DNA of 64,000 nucleotides, from assembly GCA_024639145.1 (NCBI GenBank), contig JAHEIZ010000014.1:4543-68542 (forward strand). Reading direction: 5' to 3'. Positions 1 through 8,692 of the stretch are shown piece after piece. The number at the start of each line of letters is the position of its first letter. The stretch's first letter is position 1. Made by a program: the position numbers and the translations under genes. The notes beneath the pieces were generated by a model. It was not told the DNA's origin. It did not search any database and saw only the letters and a list, made by a program, of their open reading frames with translations. The stretch is from Actinomycetes bacterium. GTDB taxonomy: Bacteria; Actinomycetota; Actinomycetes; S36-B12.

Positions 1-1057
1 GAGCTTCCTGCAGTCGGTGCAGCAAGCGATTGGCGAGTGCATCAGCCTGCATTCCCGCATTTCCGGGCGACTTGGGGAGTAGATCCTCTAGCGCCTGCTC
101 GGCTGCCGAGTAAATCGTCAACTCAATTCCATCTTTGACTGCACGTTTCTGCAATTGAGCAACGTCGATGTTTTGCGGGTAGAGGACATTGCCTAGCGCG
201 AAGTACATGGCGCGGTCACCGCCAATGGCCTTCACACGATCAACGAATGCTTGGATTTCGGAGGTGACGACGGCCTTTTGCTTCACTTCTGCCCAGAGCC
301 AGAACTTGCCATCACTGCCAACTTGGACATCCCCGGGGATGGTTGCAGACGGGTCATTGTTATTACCCATTCGGACTGCATTGCTTGGAAACAAGATGTC
401 AAAGAGCGCGGCCGCAAAGGCCTGACCAACCTTGCCTGCCTCAGAGTTGCTCGCCACGAATTCGGTGGTGGCGTCCATGATCGCGATCAAAGTACGTCGA
501 TCGCCGGTGATAACGAGGTGTTCGGTATCGGGCTTCGCGGCTCCGCGACGCAAGTGGAATACCAGAGCCAAGATCTCGGCTGCCGCCGCACTGGAGAGCT
601 GTTCCACGCGCTCGGCGGCGGCATAGAACTGAGCGTAGGCCGCCTTGACTCGGTCGCCCGCCATGTCCGGCATAACTCGCTTCTTGTACGTGAAGGGCTG
701 ACTGTTCATGACCTGACTGCTGGTCGTACGCAGGTCAATGCCCACTTGAGTGACGAACTTGATCAAGTGTCCAGCAATGCTGGATGCCGAATAGCCGCGC
801 GGACTGGAACCTTGCTGAATATCCAGCACATCCAGATCGGACTTCCCGCGAATCGACCGGGCGACGAGCATCACGGTCAGGACCGGAAGGTACGTAACAG
901 GGCACTCATCGCTGGATAAGAAACTCAATTCTGCGACCCAGTCCGGAAACCGCTCACACAGGTCTTCTCCGTGCTCACGCGCGGATTCATCTGCTCGACT
1001 CAGGACGCTCATAATGTCGTCCCGCCTGAGGTTCTCCGCTGCATCGGTGGAAACCAT
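1..1057 (-). CDS. putative type II restriction endonuclease (partial, 3' end runs off the window; absent from ORF track)
   Basis: Minus-strand ATG at 1057-1055 follows a G-rich stretch, 22 nt downstream of the methyltransferase stop. My hand translation (MVSTDAAENLRRDDIMSVLS...) stays open to nt 1. It contains GDVQVGSDGKFWLWAEVKQK (about nt 281-340), which fits a PD-(D/E)xK D...E-x-K core. Its position directly after a C5-MTase suggests the cognate nuclease. The family cannot be assigned by eye. Confidence 0.55.
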   Translation of the reverse strand, partial: MVSTDAAENLRRDDIMSVLSRADESAREHGEDLCERFPDWVAELSFLSSDECPVTYLPVLTVMLVARSIRGKSDLDVLDIQQGSSPRGYSASSIAGHLIKFVTQVGIDLRTTSSQVMNSQPFTYKKRVMPDMAGDRVKAAYAQFYAAAERVEQLSSAAAAEILALVFHLRRGAAKPDTEHLVITGDRRTLIAIMDATTEFVASNSEAGKVGQAFAAALFDILFPSNAVRMGNNNDPSATIPGDVQVGSDGKFWLWAEVKQKAVVTSEIQAFVDRVKAIGGDRAMYFALGNVLYPQNIDVAQLQKRAVKDGIELTIYSAAEQALEDLLPKSPGNAGMQADALANRLLHRLQEA

Positions 1058-1079
1058 GCCCCCGAACCTTCCCGCCGCG

Positions 1080-2489
1080 CTAAGCGGCGTCTTCCTCGTC
1101 AATCTCGGAATCCACGAAAGCCAGTCCACTGCTGCCCCCAAGGAGCCGCGTGGATTCAACGATTTTCCCACCCCAAGTCACACCAGCACTTGCGAAAAGA
1201 TGCGCAGCCACAAACTGGACCGTGCCCACATTCACGCCGTTACCTGCCTGCTTGTAAGCGGTGGAATCGTCGACTCCTGAATTCGGAAAGACATCGTCCG
1301 GAAGCCCCTGAAGGCGACCGGCTTCCACGGGCGTGATGCGTCGCCGGCGCGAGCCGATCACAGATGTCTGCGTGATTGCCACGAGCGCGGGAAGGTAGCT
1401 GGCGGGCTTGACGCGCACCCCCGACGGACGGAAGTGGATAGTGAGTTTCCAGATGTCGCGATCCACGGCCCGAGGCTGTGCGAGTCGAGCCTGCCACTCG
1501 AACTTTCGTCGACTCGCGGGGAAGTCCGCGACTCGATAGCCCTTGCCCGAGATCCAGGACTTCCGCAGCCACGAGCGAATGAACGTGCGGTGCTGCAGGT
1601 AAAAGGCGCTGTTCTTGCGGAGGAAGTCTGCCTTCCACGCAGGCGTGTCATCATCGATTTCTGGCTTCTCGGTAAAGGCATCCACCCAAATCGGGAAACC
1701 CGGGAGGTCGTCCGAGGGTATGCCTTGAATGAAGGCCTGCCAGGCCTCGAGCCAGGCAATCTCCTCATCGCGCAGCCGGTAGGAGTCCAGGTTCTCGATC
1801 TCTGAATCTTCGAGCAACCAGTCCTCAATGTTCCACTCGTTTGGGTTCCATCCCCCTATAGGGCCTCGACGAATCAGTGGCTCCTGCTCTAACTCCTCGC
1901 CAACTTCTGCTCGCGAGGCAAGGATGAAGACACGGTCCCGAGACTGCGGCCTGCCGCCAAGCTCTTCGGGCAGGAAGTGTGGACTGAAGACGACCGGCTC
2001 GCTCGAGACTCTGTAGCCAAGTTCCCGAAGAGTCTGCACGATCGTGGCCCACGTGTCTGCGTGACGCGGTCCCGCGAGATTACGGACATTTTCGAGCAGC
2101 AAGAAGCGGGGCTGCTTCGCCTGGACGATCTTGACGATGTCGAAAAAGAGAGTCCCTCGCGTCGAATCCAAGACACCCTTCTGAGCCCCTGACTTGCTAA
2201 AGGGCTGGCAGGGAAAACCAGCGCAGAGAACATCATGGTCGGGAATCAATGCGGCCAACTCAGCCTGTGACCGATCAGTGCCATCCTCATTCAAGGTGAA
2301 GTCGCGAATATCGCCATGAAGTGCGCGCTTGGGCATTCCCGGCCACGTGGCGGCGTAAACCTCGCGACAGGATTCGTCGATATCGCTGGCCAGGACGCAC
2401 TGGCCGCCGAACTCAGGAGCTGAAAGGGCGTGGTGGAAGCCACCTACCCCGGCGAAGAGATCAATGAACCGGAAAGCCGGCTTGGTCAT
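1080..2489 (-). CDS. DNA (cytosine-5)-methyltransferase
   Basis: Carries C5-MTase motifs: motif I FIDLFAGVGGF, motif IV GFPCQPFS, motif VI LLENV, and a C-terminal QAGNGV. The likely start is ATG 2489 (MTKPAFRF...). The ORF-track start at 2528 is a TTG 13 codons upstream. Confidence 0.92.
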   Translation of the reverse strand: MTKPAFRFIDLFAGVGGFHHALSAPEFGGQCVLASDIDESCREVYAATWPGMPKRALHGDIRDFTLNEDGTDRSQAELAALIPDHDVLCAGFPCQPFSKSGAQKGVLDSTRGTLFFDIVKIVQAKQPRFLLLENVRNLAGPRHADTWATIVQTLRELGYRVSSEPVVFSPHFLPEELGGRPQSRDRVFILASRAEVGEELEQEPLIRRGPIGGWNPNEWNIEDWLLEDSEIENLDSYRLRDEEIAWLEAWQAFIQGIPSDDLPGFPIWVDAFTEKPEIDDDTPAWKADFLRKNSAFYLQHRTFIRSWLRKSWISGKGYRVADFPASRRKFEWQARLAQPRAVDRDIWKLTIHFRPSGVRVKPASYLPALVAITQTSVIGSRRRRITPVEAGRLQGLPDDVFPNSGVDDSTAYKQAGNGVNVGTVQFVAAHLFASAGVTWGGKIVESTRLLGGSSGLAFVDSEIDEEDAA

Positions 2490-2728
2490 GCGCAAAACAG
2501 GGTCTCCTCTCGACGGAAGCCGAGTCAATGGCAGGCCGCGCTGCCGAATCTGGTCTCAAGGACGACCAATCCCTGAGGCCTCTCATCCTGCCTCAAGCAT
2601 CTGACACTCCGTGTCTGACCCGCTCGTGAAGAGCACAGGAATTCTTCGGCAAGTGGGCTGGGGGAGCCACCCCACGAGATCGGCGGGTTATTACCGGGTT
2701 ACTAGAACCGCAAAATGACGGTTTTGCT

Positions 2729-2803
2729 TGGAGCCGCCTCGGGGATTTGAACCCCGGACCTACGCATTACGAGTGCGTTGCTCTACCCCTGAGCTAAGGC
2801 GGC
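2729..2803 (-). tRNA. tRNA-Thr (anticodon CGT)
   Basis: The reverse complement reads GCCGCCT-TA-GCTC-AGGGGTA-GAGC-A-ACGCA-CTCGTAA-TGCGT-AGGTC-CGGGG-TTCAAAT-CCCCG-AGGCGGC-T-CCA. This folds as a full cloverleaf, the anticodon loop is CT-CGT-AA, and CCA is encoded. Confidence 0.93.
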
Positions 2804-2874
2804 CTGCACTTGGAGGGGCCATACGGCAGCCCTCCAAGGGCTAGGGAATGCTACCCCAGTTGCCCGGGGGTCAA

Positions 2875-4353
2875 TTAACCGACGTGAGCCATAGGCGCAT
2901 CGTTGGCGGCCATGTCCTTCTTGGTCATGTTCACCAGCGAAATCCAGAGGATGCCGGCCACGGCCAGGATGATCGCGCCCCACAGGAAACCTCGGTTGAA
3001 ACCGGCCACCAGTGCTTCGGGTGTCGGTCCCTGAAGCTTGTTGCTGACAATGAATGCTGTCGTCGCCGAGGCGGCGATCGTGTTCAGGAAGGCGACGCCG
3101 ATGGCACCACCGATCTGCTGGCTTGTGTTGAGAACAGCTGAGGCGACACCCGCATCGTGGTTGCCGACAGCGAACAGCGATACCGCCGACAGCGGCACGA
3201 AGACCAGGCCCATGCCGAGGCTGATGATGATCAGCGAGGGCAGGATGTCGGAGACGTAACCGCTCGCCGGATTCATGCGCTGCAGTAGCAGCATGCCGAT
3301 GACCGTCATGATGAAGCCGGTGCCGGTGACCCAGCGCGGCCCGAAGCGCGGCAGCAACTGGCTTGCGAGACCGGCACTGACGATGACACCCGCGGAGAAC
3401 GGCAGGAAGAGCAGACCGGACTTCAGCGGGCTGTAGCCGAGAACGCCTTGGAAGAAGTAGGTGAGGAACAAGAACATCGCGAACAGGCCGATGCCGACGA
3501 AGAACGAGGCGAGGTAGGCGCCGCCACGATTGCGGTTCTTCAGGATCTTCATCGGGAGCAGCGGGTGGGTCGACTTGCTCTCGATGAAGAGGAAGATCGC
3601 GAGCAGCAGCAGGCCAAGGCCCATGAAGGTCAGCGTCTGCGTGCCTGTCCAGCCCTCGGTGTTGGCCTTGGTGATGCCGTAGACGAGTGCAACAAGACCA
3701 GCGGTCGCGGTGATCGCACCGGGAATGTCGTACTTGGTGTTGCCGGTTGCCCGCGATTCGCGCACGAACGGAATGGCCAGGAAGACAGCGATGATCGCGA
3801 TCGGCACGTTGACGAGAAGGGTCCAGTGCCAGTTGGCGTACTCGGTGAGGATGCCGCCGAGGACCAGACCGATGGCAGCGCCGCCGCCGGAGAGCGCACC
3901 GTAGACGCCGAAGGCCTTGGCGCGCTCCTTGGAGTCGGTGAAGGTGACCGAGATCAGGCTCAGTGCGGCCGGAGCCAGGATTGCCGCGAACAGGCCCTGG
4001 AGCGCGCGGGCGGCGAAGAGCGTGCCTTCGGTCTGCGAGATGCCGCCGAGGAAGGAAGCGAAGGCAAAGCCGATCAGGCCGATGATGAACATGCGCTTGC
4101 GCCCTGCGTAGTCGGCGATGCGACCGCCGAGGAGGAGCAGGCCGCCGAAGGCGAGGGTGTAGGCCGTGATGACCCACTGGCGGTCGGCATCGGAGATACC
4201 AAGGTCGACCTGCATGGAGGGCAGGGCGATGTTCACGATCGAGGCATCGAGCACGACCATCAGCTGGGCGATGGCGATGACGACGAGCGCCCCCCAGCGC
4301 TTGGGGTCGGGGATGACTGCCGAGGCAGTCGAGGGCGCGGTGGCGTCAGACAC
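2875..4353 (-). CDS. MFS transporter, DHA2 (14-TMS EmrB/QacA-like) drug:H+ antiporter family
   Basis: 492 aa and hydrophobic throughout with about 14 predicted helices. The N-terminus (WGALVVIAIAQLMVVLDASIVNIALP) and the GGRIADYAGRKRMF motif are typical of DHA2 exporters. Confidence 0.85.
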   Translation of the reverse strand: MSDATAPSTASAVIPDPKRWGALVVIAIAQLMVVLDASIVNIALPSMQVDLGISDADRQWVITAYTLAFGGLLLLGGRIADYAGRKRMFIIGLIGFAFASFLGGISQTEGTLFAARALQGLFAAILAPAALSLISVTFTDSKERAKAFGVYGALSGGGAAIGLVLGGILTEYANWHWTLLVNVPIAIIAVFLAIPFVRESRATGNTKYDIPGAITATAGLVALVYGITKANTEGWTGTQTLTFMGLGLLLLAIFLFIESKSTHPLLPMKILKNRNRGGAYLASFFVGIGLFAMFLFLTYFFQGVLGYSPLKSGLLFLPFSAGVIVSAGLASQLLPRFGPRWVTGTGFIMTVIGMLLLQRMNPASGYVSDILPSLIIISLGMGLVFVPLSAVSLFAVGNHDAGVASAVLNTSQQIGGAIGVAFLNTIAASATTAFIVSNKLQGPTPEALVAGFNRGFLWGAIILAVAGILWISLVNMTKKDMAANDAPMAHVG

Positions 4354-4392
4354 GAGTACTCCTGGATGTGAACGGTGTTTAGTTAGGGAACC

Positions 4393-5898
4393 CTAGCACG
4401 TTTGTTGAACGGGCAACTTTCCGCTCAGAAGGTAGGCGTCTACCTGCTCGTCAATGCAGGCCGATCCTCGGCTGTAGGCCGTGTGCTGGTGTGCATCCCA
4501 GGTGAGCAGGCCCGCATTCTCGAGCTGACCGGCCACCTGCTGGGCCCAGGCATAGGGCGTGGCCGGGTCGTGGGTGGTGCCCACGACCAGGATCGGGGCA
4601 GAGCCCGCGGCCGTCACGCGCGTGATGGGCGGCGAGCTCCCGGCCGCTGCCGGCCAGTTGCTGCAGGCGAGCATCCCCCAGGCCAGCGATGGCCCGAAGG
4701 TCGGCGCCTCGGCCGACCACTCCCGGGCAAGGGTGGCAGTGGAGTCTATCGTGCCGGCATACGGACGATCGATGCAGGTCACCGCATAGAACGACTCCAG
4801 CGCATTGGTGGAGTAATGACCTTGCGCATCTCGATCCGAGCGCTGATCCCACAGCGCGAGCAGCTGATCGGGCTGGGCCTTCGTCACTGCGTTCTCGAGC
4901 GCGGGGATGAGACTCTCGTAGTCCCCGGGCGGGAAGTAGAGATACGAGACGACAGCGGATTGCGCAAGCGCTTGAGTGAGCTCACGACCATCGGTTCCCT
5001 TGAGCGGATTCGAATCCAGCGAGACGAACCAGGCCTGCATCTGCGTGACGATCTCGTCCGCGCTCCCCTGCCAGGGGCACGCATCGGATTCACTGCATGT
5101 CGTGGCGAAGTTGTGAAGCTCGTGCTCAAGAGCGATGGCCTGCACGCGCGTGGTCTCGACGAGATCAGAGTCGGCCGGCAGCACCCCGTCGAGCACCATG
5201 CGTCCGACGTGCGTCGGGAAGAGCTCGGCATAGGCCTGTCCGAGATACGTGCCATAGGACTTGCCGAGGAAATTGAACGCGGCATCGCCCACTACTGCGC
5301 GCACGATGTCGAGATCGCGAGCGGCATCCGCAGTTCCCATGCGCCCGTATAGCGGTGACCCCGATGCCGCGCAGCCATCACGGAGGATCGAGCTGACTTT
5401 CTCGAGCTGCGTCACTTCCTGCGGGGTATCCGGAGACGAGTCCGTGGCGACGAGGGTGTCTTTTTGCTCATCGGTCAGGCATTCGATCGGCGAACTATGG
5501 GCAACACCACGAGGATCCACGCCGATCAGGTCGAAGTGCTTGAGCACGTCAGCGCTGACGACAGCTTCAGCGGCCTTCGCGTAATCGAAAGCACTTCCCC
5601 CCGGCCCGCCGGGATTGACGAACAGTGATCCCAGATCGCCGTCGCCGGTGCTCACGCGTGTGACATTGAGTTCGGTCGTGGCACTGTGCGGCCTCGAGTA
5701 GTCGACCGGGACCTTGACTGTCATGCAATCGGCATCGCCGCAGTTGTGCCATCTCGCCGGCTGCTCGTAGAACGCGGCAAGCTCAGCCGGCGGAGTGGGC
5801 ATCACGGAGGGAAGCACCGGGGTGACGGCGGGGGAATTCGCACACGCAGCGAGCAGCAGCGCCGCCAGCGAGAGCAGCGATCCCGTGATGCGCCGCAT
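4393..5898 (-). CDS. secreted lipoprotein alpha/beta hydrolase (tripeptidyl-aminopeptidase-like, S33 type)
   Basis: Has a lipoprotein signal (MRRITGSLLSLAALLLAAC, lipobox LAAC) and the nucleophile elbow GKSYGT. Length and C-terminal region resemble Streptomyces Tap-like peptidases. Its start overlaps the oxyR stop by 1 nt (TGATG). Confidence 0.75.
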   Translation of the reverse strand: MRRITGSLLSLAALLLAACANSPAVTPVLPSVMPTPPAELAAFYEQPARWHNCGDADCMTVKVPVDYSRPHSATTELNVTRVSTGDGDLGSLFVNPGGPGGSAFDYAKAAEAVVSADVLKHFDLIGVDPRGVAHSSPIECLTDEQKDTLVATDSSPDTPQEVTQLEKVSSILRDGCAASGSPLYGRMGTADAARDLDIVRAVVGDAAFNFLGKSYGTYLGQAYAELFPTHVGRMVLDGVLPADSDLVETTRVQAIALEHELHNFATTCSESDACPWQGSADEIVTQMQAWFVSLDSNPLKGTDGRELTQALAQSAVVSYLYFPPGDYESLIPALENAVTKAQPDQLLALWDQRSDRDAQGHYSTNALESFYAVTCIDRPYAGTIDSTATLAREWSAEAPTFGPSLAWGMLACSNWPAAAGSSPPITRVTAAGSAPILVVGTTHDPATPYAWAQQVAGQLENAGLLTWDAHQHTAYSRGSACIDEQVDAYLLSGKLPVQQTC

Positions 5899-6836
5899 CA
5901 GAGTCCGCCGACAGTGCGGGCAGGGAGCTTCGCCTTATCGACCGCGCGTCGCAGGATCTCAGCGAGATCCTGATACTCCTCCAGGCGTGAACTCGTATTG
6001 CGAAACACGAGTCCCACTCGGCGACCGGGAGCGGGCGCCGTGAACCGAGCAATCCCGAGTGCCGCACCACGCGCCTCGACGCGAACCGCTGTCTCAGGGA
6101 GCAAGGTGGCGCCGTGGCCGGCCGACACGAGCTGCACGATCGTGCCGAGGGACGAGGCACGCGCCGGATCCGAGCCGGCATCAGCGAGACCGGCCTGCAT
6201 GCACACGTCGAGCGCCTGATCGCGAAGGCAGTGACCCTCATCGAGCAGCAGGAGCCGCATATTGGTGAGGCGGGCGAGATCGACATTCTCGGCGTCGGCG
6301 AGAGGATCATCGGCTGCAACGGCGAGAACGAAATCCTCGTCGTACACGGGAATCTCGACAAGATTGGGCTCCCCGGTCGGGAGGGCCAAGAGCGCCACAT
6401 CGATGTCGCCGTGGCGAAGTGCCTCGATCAGGCGGCCGGTCTGATCCTCGTGAACCTCCGGCTGGAGGTCCGGGGCTTCCTTGCGCAGCGTGCGCAGCAT
6501 CGCGGGGAGAAGGTACGGGGCGATCGTCGGGATGATGCCGATGCGCAGTCGACCGGTGAGCCAACGTGCAGGAATAGCCGCCTCGGAAACGGCATCGACG
6601 GCCTCGACTGCCCGCCGCGCAAGCGGTAGCAAGCTCTCGCCGGCCGGGGTGAGCAGTACTTGGCGCGGGTTGCGTTCCACCAGCTGCACCTGCAGATTCG
6701 TCTCAAGGGAAACGAGCGCCTGGCTCAAGGTGGGCTGAGAGACACCAATGATGGTCGCGGCCTCCCCGAAGTGGAGAGTCTGAGCGATCGCCACGAAGGC
6801 GCGTAATTGCGCGACCGTCGGCGAAGGGGTGCTCAT
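5898..6836 (-). CDS. oxyR: LysR-family peroxide-sensing regulator OxyR
   Basis: N-terminal LysR HTH (LRAFVAIAQTLHFGEAA...VSQPTLSQ). The OxyR signature LLDEGHCLRDQALDVC contains both redox cysteines, equivalent to E. coli C199/C208. Confidence 0.85.
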   Translation of the reverse strand: MSTPSPTVAQLRAFVAIAQTLHFGEAATIIGVSQPTLSQALVSLETNLQVQLVERNPRQVLLTPAGESLLPLARRAVEAVDAVSEAAIPARWLTGRLRIGIIPTIAPYLLPAMLRTLRKEAPDLQPEVHEDQTGRLIEALRHGDIDVALLALPTGEPNLVEIPVYDEDFVLAVAADDPLADAENVDLARLTNMRLLLLDEGHCLRDQALDVCMQAGLADAGSDPARASSLGTIVQLVSAGHGATLLPETAVRVEARGAALGIARFTAPAPGRRVGLVFRNTSSRLEEYQDLAEILRRAVDKAKLPARTVGGL

Positions 6837-6877
6837 AGAAAAAGACTATGACACGAGGATTCGCGATCGGCCAAGCC

Positions 6878-8071
6878 TCAGGCAGAGGCGGTGCGGATCC
6901 AGGGATCCTTCAGTTCGACCATCAATGACTCGAGCGCCGAGAGAGGCGCGACGTTCGCACGGATCTGCGCGCGGGTGTGCTCGATCGCATCGAGACGACG
7001 GCCAGTGTCATTGGCAGTGCTCGAGGCCGCCAGTTGACTCAGTTGCGGACGCATCTCGTCGTTGATGAGCATGACGGGTGAATCGAGCTGAATCATCAGC
7101 ACGTCGCGATACAGGCCGAGCAGATCGACCAGGGCGCGATCGAGTTGATCTCGCACCGTGCGCGTCGCCCGCTTCTTCTGCGAGTCAGTGAGCTCTTTCT
7201 GCGCGGACTTCATCAGCTTGTCCATCTTGACCTTGGTCACACCCTCGGCGCCGGCGCCATACGTGGTCTCCAGCCGCGCCTGCTCTGCAGCATCGAGCGG
7301 TTCGGTGATTGCTTTCGCGTCATCGGTCGCCGCCCCAAGCAGGTTGCTCGCGGATGCAAAGCAACCGGGGATGTCATGCAGGCTGAGCGGAATGCGCAGA
7401 ACCTCCTGACGGCGCATGCGTGCATGCTCGTCTTTCGCCAGCGCACGTGCTCGTCCGATGTGACCCTGCGAGGCGCGAGCCGCGAATGACGCCATCGCGG
7501 TGTCGACGCCGTAGGCCTCGATCAGCAGCTGTGCCACTGACGCGGTGCTGGGCGTCGCGAGATTCACGTGACGCGTGCGCGAGACAATGGTCGGCAGCAC
7601 GTCCTCCACACTCGGAGCACACAGAATCCATACGGTGTGCGGAGGCGGCTCCTCGAGAGCCTTCAGCAGCACATTGACTGCACGCTCGGTAAGTCGATCG
7701 GCATCCTCGACCACGATCACGTGCCAGGGTGCACTGACGGGCGACATCGACGAAGTGCGCACGAGCTCGCGTGCATCATCAACTCCGTAGGTGAGTTCGG
7801 ACGTGCTGACCACATCGACGTCGGCGTGCCCATTGAGAGGTGCGGTGCGGCAGGCCTGGCACGAACCACATCCGCCATCCGCGCACACGAGCGCAGCGGC
7901 AAAGCACGTGGCGGCGGTGGACCGCCCTGAGCCGGGCGGGCCCGTGAACAGCCAGGCGTGGGTCATGGAAGGACCGTTCTCGCCCCGCAGAACAAGCTGT
8001 GCGTCCGCAGCGGCGCGGCTCAACTGCTCGACCACGGCATCCTGGCCGACCAGTGACGACCAGATGGTCAC
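6878..8071 (-). CDS. holB: DNA polymerase III subunit delta'
   Basis: AAA+ clamp-loader fold with GPPGSGRS, the Zn module CGSCQAC, and an SRT(R) sensor (IVSRTRHV). Overlaps the tmk stop by 4 nt. Confidence 0.9.
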   Translation of the reverse strand: MTIWSSLVGQDAVVEQLSRAAADAQLVLRGENGPSMTHAWLFTGPPGSGRSTAATCFAAALVCADGGCGSCQACRTAPLNGHADVDVVSTSELTYGVDDARELVRTSSMSPVSAPWHVIVVEDADRLTERAVNVLLKALEEPPPHTVWILCAPSVEDVLPTIVSRTRHVNLATPSTASVAQLLIEAYGVDTAMASFAARASQGHIGRARALAKDEHARMRRQEVLRIPLSLHDIPGCFASASNLLGAATDDAKAITEPLDAAEQARLETTYGAGAEGVTKVKMDKLMKSAQKELTDSQKKRATRTVRDQLDRALVDLLGLYRDVLMIQLDSPVMLINDEMRPQLSQLAASSTANDTGRRLDAIEHTRAQIRANVAPLSALESLMVELKDPWIRTASA

Positions 8072-8688
8072 GCGCGTGCTCCAAGTTCGGCATCGACTCG
8101 CGTGCGGATCTCGGCAGCGATCTCGTCGATGGTCTGGCGGGCATCCACCACCAGGTAGCGAGCCGGGTCGAGTGCGGCGAGAGTCAGGAATCCCTGGCGC
8201 ACGCTGCGATGGAACTCGACGGGCTCGGCTTCCATGCGATCAGGATTCGCAACGCGCGAGAGCCCGAGCGACGGGTCGACGTCGAGCACGATGGTCAGAT
8301 CGGGAACGCAATCCTGCGTGGCCCAGATGCTCAGATCGCGGATGGTCTCGATGCCGAGCTCGCGCCCGACACCTTGATACGAGACAGAGGAGTCAATGTA
8401 GCGATCGCAGATGACGACATCGCCGCGCTCAAGCGCCGGCCGGATGACACGCACTACGTGCTCACCCCGCGCCGCCGCGAAGAGTAGCGCCTCGGCACGT
8501 GAGTCAAGGCCGGTGAATTCGGGATTGAGCACCACCGAGCGAATAGCCTCGCTCGCCGGCGTGCCACCTGGCTCGCGAGTGCGCACGATGGAGTGACCGT
8601 TCGCGGCCAGATGCGCTGCCAGCAAGCCCTCCTGCGTGGACTTGCCCGCACCCTCGCCGCCCTCGAAGGCGATGAAGTATCCGGTCAC
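8068..8688 (-). CDS. tmk: dTMP (thymidylate) kinase
   Basis: P-loop FIAFEGGEGAGKSTQ, a DRY motif (CDRYIDSS), and 206 aa in length. Confidence 0.93.
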   Translation of the reverse strand: MTGYFIAFEGGEGAGKSTQEGLLAAHLAANGHSIVRTREPGGTPASEAIRSVVLNPEFTGLDSRAEALLFAAARGEHVVRVIRPALERGDVVICDRYIDSSVSYQGVGRELGIETIRDLSIWATQDCVPDLTIVLDVDPSLGLSRVANPDRMEAEPVEFHRSVRQGFLTLAALDPARYLVVDARQTIDEIAAEIRTRVDAELGARA

Positions 8689-8692
8689 GGCA

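Noticed and set aside
189-919. Plus-strand track ORFs 189..425, 251..919 and 432..626 as genes
   Set aside because: They are Arg/Gly/Ala-rich and lack motifs and RBSs. They lie antisense to a much more protein-like open frame on the minus strand (the putative endonuclease). They are typical high-GC shadow ORFs.
2783-4371. Long ORFs 2783..4177 (-) and 3448..4371 (+) overlapping the MFS transporter gene
   Set aside because: They are out-of-frame or antisense shadows. Their translations are dominated by R/P/G/H or D/E/G/R runs with no hydrophobic pattern, while the 2875..4353 frame gives a clean 14-TM transporter.
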